Origin: Podarcis muralis
Lineage: Eukaryota
NCBI RefSeq assembly: GCF_964188315.1
Contig: NC_135656.1
Coordinates: forward strand, 40,982,001-41,046,000
DNA length: 64,000 bases
Reading direction: 5' to 3'
Positions 26,161 to 38,200 of this stretch are shown here, one piece after another; within the stretch, counting starts at the first letter, position 1; each line of letters begins with the position of its first letter. A program made the translations under genes and the position numbers. Under the pieces are notes generated by a model, which saw nothing but the letters and a program-made list of their open reading frames with translations, ran no database searches and was not told the DNA's origin.

Positions 26161-26927
26161 TACCAATTTATGCCTTTCCCCTCTACATAAATCTCCCTTC
26201 GGTTTGAACAACCTGCAGCAAAAAAACCCCCTAGTTAGTTCTTTTTACTCCAGCAGCTTTTTTCAAAAGCTTTAAAAAGATATAATACAGAGGTGAGAAA
26301 TATCTAAGGGGTTCCATCGCTGGATCTATATAACTAAGGGATGCATAAGCTTGTCTTGGTTTTGCTTGTGACTCTTCCTATCTCTATAGGGCTATAAAGA
26401 AAGGGACTGAGTGGTGACAGTTGCTTTCAACTTAGCAACAACATGAACTCTGGCCAATTGCCCTTGATGAATAATTAGTAACCCCTGAATGGTGCTGGGA
26501 GTAACTAGCTGGGAATATATATGCTGCCAAATTCTGCATTGGCTGGAATTTGGCAGCAGAATTGAGTTCCTGCCAATTTTGAGTCCTAGAATGAACCAGG
26601 CACTTGCTGGAGTCTATAGCACTTTACACCCCAGCTCTAAATGGCTTCTTTGATGTTGCAGGTTGTACCTGGAGATGTGATGAATAGGTTTCAGTGCTAT
26701 GTAGCATGGATTGCATTACTGAAGTGGGGTGTTTGTAGATTTTTGACAATGTTCCATGCTGCTCCAGTACTCTTTGAAATGAGGAGACTACAGAGTGGTT
26801 ATTTCTCAAGGCACAACTATCCACTTCAGGTATAAATAAGGCCTTTCTGAGACGTCTCTGGATAGATATGAGAGGTGGGCGGGTGGAAATGGAAACCACC
26901 GCACTTAGGTGATGTATGAACTATACT

Positions 26928-27114
26928 CAGAGGCGGAGCTAGCTGCTCCATCACCTGGAGCGGCGCACAGGCTGTGCACCCAGGGACGGGGCTAGCATCC
27001 CAGGGGGGCATTGCCTGCGGCGAGCAACCCAGGGGACAGGACAGCAATGTCACCCCCCTCAGGGATGACACCTGGGGTGGACCGCACCCACCGCACCCCC
27101 TTCCTCCACTAGTG
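26928..27114. mobile_element. hAT-type MITE
   Basis: 8-bp TSD ACTATACT at 26920-26927 and 27115-27122; degenerate TIRs; GC-rich body. Confidence 0.7.
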
Positions 27115-28803
27115 ACTATACTTAGTCACCCACTGATAATTTGTCACATTCCTATTTTTTGGCCTGAAATGATGGCAATGACAAGTATGACTAATGCTAG
27201 CCGGTGTGGTGCAAAATGCCTTCCCCCCCAGGAAGCCACGTGCCAAATGCTTCTATACTTGTTCAACAGGATACCCAAGCCAGGCATGATTCTGTTTGTA
27301 GTGGAAGATGACACAGAGGTTCAGTGCAGATCTTGCAGGTTCATTGTGCACCAAACCTTCAGATATGGCGTTAACAGCCTTTGGCAATCTGTGTGTAGTG
27401 TGTATATTATTGATTCAATTAAAAGCAAAGAGTAACATAAGATCTGAAGGGGGAAAGAACAATGCAGGAACTTTTCTTTTTCTTTTACAAAAATCTGTAG
27501 AACAGAGCAGTAAAATAGCAGAAGTGGGATTGGGAGGAGGGAATTGGCAGCAAAAAAGCTACATGCAGACTAATTATAAGTAAGGCATAGCCTTGTGAGC
27601 AGGGCCATGACTTTAATATAATTATATAGTTTTATATAGAAATCTAAGCCGTTTCCTGATTTGTAAAGGCAGGAGTCTCTGGTGGCATCGTGTTAGGAAA
27701 CGATGACAGGAACAGAATCTGCATCCTGTGGTTTTTGCACATTACGGGAATGTCCTGTCCTATCTCTGCTGTCAGTTCTCGATTGCACAACCCAGGGTTT
27801 TGAGAGAGACCAAATTTGCTATGAGGACTGGTCAGACTTCCTGCCAGTGCGTGACCAATTGGGGAAGGAAAGCCTTCTGCTGATCACACTTTGTGGTGTC
27901 CCATAAGGAACTGACATAAGAGAAGACTATTTCCAGGCCACTTTCAGGGTGTGAATCATGCCCCTTGTTCAATCACCACTTTCCTTGACATTTGCATGAA
28001 AATGTGATTAAGATGTTGAGAGAACGTGGGGATGCACGTTCTAGTTATTCTATCCTGAGCTCCTTTGGGTACACAATCTCTTCTGTACTGGTGCTATCTT
28101 AGAGTGGTAAACTTGCCCATAGAAGGATGGTCTTGTGTTGTGTGTGTATGGAGACCTTTAAGCCACCTGGGCATGTTGGCTGCCTGTCCTAGATGCACCT
28201 CTCCTGTGGAAGTACTCTTTGTCTAACTTGCACAAGTTATTGGTAACACTTTGATGCAGTGACTCCTGTCAAAATGCAAGGAAATTGACTCTTCAAAGGT
28301 CACTTCAAAGATTCTTGTAGCCATGAAATTCTGATTGCATGAGTTCTAGCTGGTCAGTTGGCCATTCTGTTTGGTGTTGATGGGAGTTGTAGTCCAACAA
28401 CATCTGGAGGAACACAGGTTCCCCAATCCTGGTATAAAAAATGGATGTGTATGAACAGGAGCAACGACATGGTAGAACACAGCTCAGCTGTGGATCCTTT
28501 CCTCTCTTTTATCTTGATGCCTTTTGAAAGTATAGGAAGTGCAGAGCTGTGGATTTTCATTTACCCTCTTGTTGCAAAGCTTTCCTGTTGGGTTATGTGA
28601 GGAGTCAAAATGAAGGCAACTGTTTCCCTTTTTCTGGCATCTCAAAATCCTACATGATCATGAGCAGAAGAAGATTGGGAAGCAGACTAGACACCAACTG
28701 GAAAAATTGGAGTAAACTAAAAACTGGGTTTGATTTATGTTTACCACTTGTGTGTGGCTAACTCTGACTTACTTCTTTTTATATCTACAGGAGATGAATT
28801 AAA

Positions 28804-31800
28804 ATGCAGCACACGACGTGCACAGAGGACAGGATCCACCATGCACTGGAGAGGTGCCTTCATGGCCTCAGCAGAAGCACTTTCTCTGCTAGCACTTGGA
28901 CTGGTAAGTGACTAACCCCATCACCATACCAGGATGATTTTTCTTTCCTCTTCAGTTTGTCATTGAAATATATTTGGAGGCTTTCCCCCACTCTTTAGTG
29001 ATTCTTATTGCAATAGCAATGTTTGCTCATCTGTGGTCAAACTATTAACCAATGAAAAGGGAAGCAATTCAACATTTAAACAACGAACTGACGTTAATCC
29101 TCCTTCTTACCCAAACTCTCTTGATTTTTCCTCCTCCTAGTGAAAGAGCTTGAAAGCCTAACCAACCACCTGCTAGTAAAAAATGTCTCATTGATAATTT
29201 GGGGAATAAGGTGAACATCACAGATGTTCCCAAATATTCTAGTATCAGTAGAACAGTGGCCACATTAGCACACTACACTAAGGCAAACCATGGTTTAGTG
29301 CAAATGCAGTAGCTCCCAAGGAAGAATTTGCAGCTGCTCTGCTCCTCCCTGGGCTTTTTAGGTCAGCGCAGTGCAGCAGCTACGTCAAGGTTTGACCTCG
29401 AATGCTGTGTGTCTCCTCCTTAACCATGGCCTTAAACTATAGGAGATTGTGGTTGAGGAGGAGAGACCTTAACCACAATGCTGGGTTTGGAAGACGTGCT
29501 AAGCCTAACCTTGGTTTTGCTGCTTTCCTCCATTGACCTAAAAAGCATGGGAAGAGGGGCCAAATGGGCGCATGTTGATCTCCGGAAGCCAGTATTCTCA
29601 TGTGGTCTTGCTAAGCTATGCTCTGACTTACTGTGGTGTGGAAACCAGGCCATTGCGCTGAGCTCTCGCCCCACATGATGGGACATGTTTTCAGAAAGAA
29701 ATCTGAAGCTAACTGGGGCTATGCAGCCATGTTGCCAGTTTACTGATTTGAAATCCTCATCCTACAGCCTCAATTTTTAGTTTTCAACATGGCTTTTAAG
29801 GATTGTGGGGTGGTTTTTTTGAGCCTCAAAATTCTTGACTTTTGCTCCAACCTCTTTCTTACAACAGAGCGGAGGGCAGGAAGATATTTGGCGACATTTA
29901 CACCATGCAGCACTTAAAAGTGCTGCGATACCACTTGATGCAATGGTAGGCAGCTTTATAGGTTCACATTTTTATATTGGCCTGCTCCAGGGTTTGGTGG
30001 GCATGGAGTGGGGCATGGGCAGCTCATACGTGGAGCCATGGTGGTTACAGCATCTCAGTAATGTTTCACAGCAATTGCTGGTTGCAAGCCATGAGCTGCC
30101 CTTGCCTTTCAGAGAACCGAGAGAGGAAATGCTAACCATCAATGCCACCCTACACAGGCAGCACTTGCTGGAGAAGGCAAGCAGTCCTCAGAAGAGAACT
30201 CACTGTTTCTGTTCCAAGAAAAACATCTCTTGAAGCTCATCTTAAGCTGCCAGCCGCAAATGTGGGTGCTGCTGCCACCCAACTTTTTTTTAGCTGTGCT
30301 GCTGCAGTGTGTTGCCATCTGGATACAGCCTTGCAGTGTTAATTTCCTCTGTTGCTGATCTAGCACTATTTTGCTAAACTAGAGGGGGAGGACCAAGGTA
30401 CCAGAAGTTAAGGAAGAGACAGCAAGGAGCACAGCCAGCTACTCTGGAATTTGCCTTCCATGCTGACCCTGCTATTATTGTTATTATTGTTATTATTATT
30501 TACAATAATAATTGAATTAATACCTTGTCCTTCCCCCCTAAGGAGCAAGCATAGCAGCAAACAGATAAACAATTTACAAGCAAAAACAAATCAAAACATT
30601 CTAAAAACAATTATAATTTAGAACATCTAAACACAAGTACAATTTACAACTTTCTAAAAGCAATTTCAAGTAACAGCTGCGTCCTTCCAAATATCTTGAG
30701 GTTGCCAAGTTGCTAGGTCCTTATCTACCATTTAGATTCTTATTCTCTAATACTTAAATCCCCCCCCAATAGCTCAAGGTGGGACACATACTTCTCTCTC
30801 CACCTCCTCCATTTTATGCCTACCACAACCCTGTGAGGTTGATTTAAACTGAGAGACAGTGACTGGCCCAAGGCTACCCAGCTAGCTTCATGTTTGAGTG
30901 GGGATTTGAACCTGGGTCTCCCCAGTCCTAACCACATTAACCAGTATGCCACAGTGGTGCCCATCCCTGTGTGGTTTGCACACACTGCATCAGTGTGTGT
31001 GTCTCTTTCTCACTTTTAATCCTTCCTTGCAGGACCAGCAATTTAACCGCAAAGATGCAAAAGAGATACAAAACTTTGCCACAGATCCTGTAGCAGGAAA
31101 AAGATGGAGAGTAGTATTGTCTATGGGCTGCAATGGCTCTTTGCTTTTACTGCTTCACCTCAGGGACTCAATGAATTATGTGTATTATGGATTGCTTATA
31201 TTATTTGGACATGTTGCCATAGGAAACTTTGAGGCAGCTCTACCCTAACAGTTAGTGCACATGATTTGTTGGAAATGTTGCAGGCTAATGAATTAACCCC
31301 AACTGGGAATAATTGGTGTAGTTCAAAAATACATTGTTTCCCTAATGCTGTATTCCAGGTTGTTCTTATCCCTAATAGGGTGGTAAATGCATTTTCTCTC
31401 TTGAAGAACTGGATCCACATAGTAGGTGACTACTGAGAAAGAAAGCTCATGCACTGTATCTTTCTTTTTTTAATAACTCCACACACATCTCTACTTGTAT
31501 CTTTCATTATGGTCCATGAATCTCTTTCATTTTGCCTATATCCCATCTAGCTTAAAATTGCAATGAACATCTGTCTTCTGCAATTAGGACACTGAGTGCT
31601 CTGGAATTCGTTCCATGCTCAGAACGTGACCTGTTTCTTCATTTTTTGGCAGCTGGGCTATGTCTGAATTGTTGGAGTCTCCAGGAGTTGGTCAGTCGTG
31701 ATGCAGGGAACTACCTCATCCTTCTGGAGAAAATCTTGCAAAAGACCCAAGAGGTAATATTTGTACAAAGGGAGTTCTTGCTCAGTCTGATGCTCTCTCT

Positions 31801-34800
31801 CTCTCTCTCTCTAAGAATCTGGAATACCTCTAATACAAATAAGAATGAAAAGTGGCTGGTTGCTTTGTGCATCAGCCCAGCTTGCTGCTGATTTCAGTTT
31901 GCCTTTGACCAAGTTCTGTGCTCTGCATGGTGTTTCAACATGTTAAAACAATTTAAGGCAAGAGAGTAGATGCACATAATACCTTGCAACGGGAGTAAAG
32001 GCAAAGGTAAAGGGACCCCTGACCATTGGGTCCAGTCGTGACCGACTCTGGGGTTGCACGCTCATATCGCTCTATAGGCCGAGGGAGCCGGCGTTTGACC
32101 GCATACAGCTTCTGGGTCATGTGGCCAGCATGACTAAGTCGTTTCTGGCGAACCAGAGCAGCACACGGAAATGCCATTTACCTTCCCACCGGAGCGGTAC
32201 GTATTTATCTACTGGCACTTTGATGTACTTTTGAACTGCTAGGTTGGCAGGACCAGGGACCGAACAACGGGAGCTCACCCGTTGCGGGGATTCGAACCAC
32301 CAACCTTCTGATCGGCAAGTCCTAGGCTCCGTGGTTTAACCCAAAATGGCATCAGCATGTCCTGGAGGAAGTCGCTAGTTTTTGAGGCCATTTGTAACTC
32401 TGTATGTTGGAAACAGAATCTGGTGTTTAGGTCAGTTTGTCACTCACAGAATTGCTCCCACCCCCTTTGCACCCTGGGAACCCACACATAAGTGGATATG
32501 TCCCACTTTTTAAATGATTAGTATTTTACAGGTAATAATAAACCAAGCAATAATCCCACCCCCATCCAACCAAACTGCCCCTGTACTTGATGTTGGTTGA
32601 ATCCTGCTTGGAGTCAGCCATGTCTTTAGGGTAGCGACAAGGAACCTGTGGCCCTCTAGATGTTGCTGGAGCAGAAATCCCACCATCCCTGACCATTGGT
32701 CATGTTGGGTGAGGCGGATGAAAGTTGGAGTCCCTGGAGGGCTTCAGGTTCCTCACCCCCTTTTTTAGAGTGAGGTATCCGTATAGTTGGGGACGCGGGT
32801 GGCGCTGTGGGTAAAAGCCTCAGCACCTAGGGCTTGCCGATCGAAAGGTCGGCTGTTCAAATCCCCGCGGCGGGGTGTGCTCCTGTTGTTTGGTCCCAGC
32901 GCCTGCCAACCTAGCAGTTCGAAAGCACCCCCGGGTGCAAGTAGATAAATAGGGACCGCTTACTAGCGGGAAGGTAAACAGCGTTTCCGTGTGCGGCTCT
33001 GGCTCGCCAGAGCAGCGATGTCACGCTGGCCACGTGACCCGGAAGTGTCTCCGGACAGCGCTGGCCCCCGGCTTCTTGAGTGAGATGGGCGCACAACCCT
33101 AGAGTCTGTCAAGACTGGCCCGTACGGGCAGGAGTACCTTTACCTTTACCTTTATCCGTATAGTTAAAGCTATGGTTTTCCCAGTAGTGATGTATGGAAG
33201 TGAGAGCTGGACCATAAAGAAGGCTGATCGCCGAAGAATTGATGCTTTTGAATTATGGTGCTGGAGGAGACTCTTGAGAGTCCCATGGACTGCAAGAAGA
33301 TCAAACCTATCCATTCTTAAGGAAATCAGCCCTGAGTGCTCACTGGAAGGACAGATCGTGAAGCTGAGATTCCAATACTTTGGCCACCTCATGAGAAGAG
33401 AAGACTCCCTGGAAAAGACCCTGATGGAAAGACTGAGGGCACAAGGAGAAGGGGACAACAGAGGACGAGATGGTTAGACAGTGTTCTCGAAGCTACCAGC
33501 ATGAGTTTGACCAAACTGCAGGAGGCAGTGGAAGACAGGAGTGCCTGGCGTGCTCTGGTCCATGGGGTCACGAAGAGTCGGACACGACTAAATGACTAAA
33601 CAACAATCTGGCCTCAGCAGCAGTCTCTGGGAACTTTTAAAGGACAGCAGTTTGCCAGTTACTTGGTTTTGCACATTGCTGCAAGGAGTGGGCACAAGAC
33701 ACCATGTGTATTACTTCTCCCCGCTGCCTCCCCACCCTGCAGCAGAATGTCTTGAGCCGGTGTTGACCTTGCTGTTTATGTGGCAATGCAGATACTGTGC
33801 ATGGGATCCTGTGGGATTCAGAGTCCTTGAGGATCATGGGTTGACTTGAGCCCAGCTCTGCTCTCTGTTATGCTGGATCTGGAGGTTTGAATTTCACTGC
33901 TGGGAAAAAGAGGACAATGAATGAGTTAGAACACCTGGGTCAGCAACTGTCAGAGTCAAGTGGAGATTTCCTACTTCCTGCTTTGTGCAACACCTCCCCA
34001 TTAGGGAGCAATTGTCTCTCACATGGCAGAATGTTGGGAGCTGCTTGGCAGGCTGAGCTCCCTGCCTCCATTGTTCCCCAGCTATTGTGATGGCAGGCAG
34101 TGGGGAATTGAGGAAGGGAGACCCCAGCTTGTGGCATATAAAAGGCTTTCCAGGACTCTTGTTTGCAACAGGGTCACAGCAAGGTTGCTGCCCAGGGAAT
34201 GAATGTAGCAGGTTTTCCTGTGAACCCGTTCGTTAGAAGCTGTTTCCCCCCGCCCTTTCTTTTTAAATTGTTGTCAGACAGTATAACTTCCTGGCGGGTT
34301 TAATGGAGGCCCTGCCCTGGCTATTCTGAGGAATTTTTGGCCTAAAAATAGTCTTGTGGCTCAACATGCACAAATCTGCAGCAGGTGAGAGCCTGCAAGA
34401 AGAAAATGTACTGCACTTAGAGGTACTATGTGCCACAGCATCATTATAGGGCCTTGCAAGAGCAGAAAGGGCCATAGAGGGGTTGTTCCCCTCTTCATGG
34501 AGCTAACCACCTCTCTTCCTTCTCTAGGAGATACTTCAGTTATAAAAAAAATAAAATAGTAATAATTAATAAAACGATAGTGATAGAAATAATAATAGTA
34601 ATGAGGAGGATGCACCTAAGTTGTTCTGTTCACAGACCAAGGTCCCCTTGTGCAATCGGACTTTCCCTCTCCGCCCCCCCTCCACCCCGGTGCCCCTCTG
34701 CACCCACTAAATCTGCTCTAGAGAGTTGGGGAAACCCCAGAACAAATTTAGGAGGCACATGTGAGGAGGAGTGCGGGGAAGTCTTCTTGAGTAAGTGGAC

Positions 34801-35197
34801 CTTATTCTACTCATGCAATGCCCCACTTAGCCCTACGCTAAGTTCCACGTAATAAAACACACACCACAAATTAGTATGATTAGTAGTAGCAGTAGTATTC
34901 AGAGTCCTACATCTTAAAGCGGATGATTCTCTCTACTGGCTGAACAGTCTGACTATTGCTTTCCAGTGGCTTACGTAAGAAAACCACAGCATAAGAAATT
35001 TGACCTGGAGATCTTGATATCAATTTACCTGTGCTAGGGTGATACTGAGACCCTGTCACACAGCTTCTGTTGTATTCTGTTGTGCAACTTGCAGCCTTTG
35101 CAGCTGTTCTGACTAAAGATGCAAATATACCATGTTTGGTTGTTGAAATGCTGCTTGGTTTCTCTTCTTGACAAAGAGGAACTATGTGAGAACTTCC

Positions 35198-35244
<47 letters not shown>

Positions 35245-38200
35245 TTACCCAATGATATTCTACCACTGGATCAAAAAAAATCATATTGTTAGGAATGTTT
35301 ACTAAGGTGTGCCAGGCACAGCTTCTATATACAAAAAAGGGAAATACAGAAAAAAATTGTTTAGAATGGCTAGGAAATCATGACACTCTTCTGAAATGTG
35401 AGGGCCATTTGGAGAAGGTGATTGAAGAACCCAAGAATGATGTGACTGGGCTCAGAGTCACCATGGAGGAGTGACTTGCCACTGCAACAAGTAACACCTG
35501 GAGAGTAGACTTTACCTAGAGAGAAGCAAATAGCAATCTTGTCAAGTCACACATCAATTCTCCTCCAAAGCTTCCAGGTGATCGGTTTGGGTAGCATTTC
35601 TTTGAGTAGTTTTACCAGAATCTCACTTCCCTCTTGTGCTTTCTTTTCTTCCTCTGCAGGTCCAAGAGAAATGCAACTATGATCTCTTTGCTCCACTGGC
35701 TCTGCTCTTCAGCTCAGCTGTTATGTGTGTAAGTTGTCCCAGCATGGCTGGTACGAATAGCTGAAGGCATTGGCTCTGTGGCTGTTAAAGTTGATGAGAA
35801 AACCTTTTGTTTTTGTTTAAAAAATTATATCTAGCTTTTCACCATGTAGGACTCAAAAGAGCTCACAGCAATTCATACATACAAAATTAAAACATAGATT
35901 AAACTTTGAGTTTCCCTACTGACTCAGGTCAACCTCTGTATTCCTGATTTTTAGGGGAACCATTGGTAGTTGGGATATTTTTATCAAGCTAAATACTGAG
36001 TGCTGGTTTACACATGCATGCTCATTGTGTGCTGACTTGTAACACTGACTGATCGGTTTGATAACCACCAAAGAGCTTCTGTCTCACCTGATGTCAATTA
36101 TTGGTACTCTTCAACAGAGGAAGTTCTAACTGTTGACTGCAAACTGAGTGCTGCAATGATCCATTGATGAATTCTATATGTGTGTGAACCCCCCCCCAAA
36201 AAAAAACACCTATTGATTTGTTCCATTTCATTATATGACTAACAGCAAAGTCAAATTACACTTTGGGTTTCACCTTGATGCTTTCCTCTTTGTTGGTGGT
36301 GTGTGCACATCTTTTGCGGCTATCACTCAAAGCATTCAGCACTGTTGCTCAGCAGGGGAAACTTGAACTTGAGCCCATCTGGCACCAGCCCGTGTCTTCT
36401 TTTTCTCTAATGGCTTCCTTGGCGGGGGGGGGGGGGATTTTGCTGAAGGAGCTTGATCACAGCGCTGGCAGCTGAAGCTGGCAGTGGGAAATGTGCATGG
36501 TTAAAGTTGCTGAATTCCTAAATCTGGAAGAAGATAAGGAGATGCTGGCCTCCACTTCTTGGTCTATTTATGCCACTGCTATTTTCTTTATAGACACCAC
36601 ACTTTCCTTCAGAGTCAGATTTCCTTCTGAGAGCCATGAGGACGTACCGTGACTTCCTCACCTGGCCTGTGCCATACTGCAATATCTGCCAGGAGCTCCT
36701 GACCTTCATCAGCAATGAACTCAAAGCCCCAGGTAGGGATCCAGATTGTCTGCTCCCAGCAGGGTTCCTTCAGCCCTCTGTGGTGCTGACTCTTCCTTCT
36801 TGGGGGGGGGGGGGTGCTTGGTGTTGATGAATAAGTGAGAAACCTAAAGTTGCACCAGTACATTTATGGCCCATATAGGCATTGAAGCTAACACTGTGCT
36901 ATGAACTGGAGTGGGCTGCAAACATCGTGGCAAGGGTTATTGCCAACAATGCAATTATAGTCAAGACAGTGATCCTGATAGTTGATTTTTAAAACACTCG
37001 TAGCCATATGTGTTCATGTAGAGGCACTCTCTACAGCAAGCACAACATTTTTGGAGGGTGTTTCATGCACATGCCTATATGAGTTTGGTGGCTTCATCCC
37101 ACACCATAAGCCTGCTGGCATGCTGCATGGTGTGCAAATGGTGCCAGCACATAGGGTAAAAGCATTAAGGCTGTATCCTGATGAAAGAAGCTTACTCAGT
37201 GATTGCATATCAACAGTATTGGTTCTGAAACAAGATGCATTATAGACCATATTGGATGGATTATTTACACAAGGCCCATCAAATAATGGTTAATAGAATC
37301 ATAGAATTGTAGAGCTGGAAGAGACCCCAGGGGTCATCTAGTTCAACTCCCTGCAATACAGGAATTTTGGCATCCAAGGCAGACTTTTACCGTATTTTTC
37401 ACCCTATAGGACACACTTTTTCCCCTCCCAAAATGAAGGGGAAATGTGTGTGTGTCCTATGGGGTGAATACAGGCTTTTGCTGAAACCTGGTGAGCGATA
37501 GGGGTTGGTGCACACCGACCCCTCTCCCTCTCCAGGCTTCAGAAAGCTCTGCGCAGCCTTAGGGAGCCCGGCGCGAAGCGCAGAGGTTGCGCAGAGCTGC
37601 CTGCGCTCCCGGGCTCAGCGCAGCTCCGCGCAACCCCCCAGAGCGATGCCGAAGCTGCGCTCAGCTTCGGCATCACTCTGGCTCCCGTTCTGGGGGCTGG
37701 GGTCGGGGGAAGCTCGGGCTTCCCCCGCCCCAGCCCCGTGCCTGGGGGGGGGAAAATAATTTTTTTTCTTTATTCCCCCCCCCCAAATCTAGGTGCGTCC
37801 TATGGGCCGGTGCGTCCTATAGGGTGAAAAATACGGTATATTACTTTCAGAGAAGAAAGCACTTTAACCCACCGAGGGAAATCCAGGTGGGCTGATGGAC
37901 TGTCCACATCTGAAATAAAGCCCCAGCACACAAAAGTATGTGCTACTATAAATCTCTTAATCTGGAAGGTGCCACTCTTCTTTTAGCATTTAATATCAGG
38001 GGTGGGGAATGTTTTTCTGCCCAAGGGCAAAATTCCCTAAATGGCAACCTTCCAAGGGCCACATACCAGTGCTGGTAAAAGTAGGCAGGGCCAGAGGTGA
38101 AAAGAAAGAAGAAACGAAGTGTGAAATAAGGGATGCAGTGTCAACCTTTGGACAATAGGCTACATTTCAGCCATGCAGTATCTCAGTTCGAGGACACATT

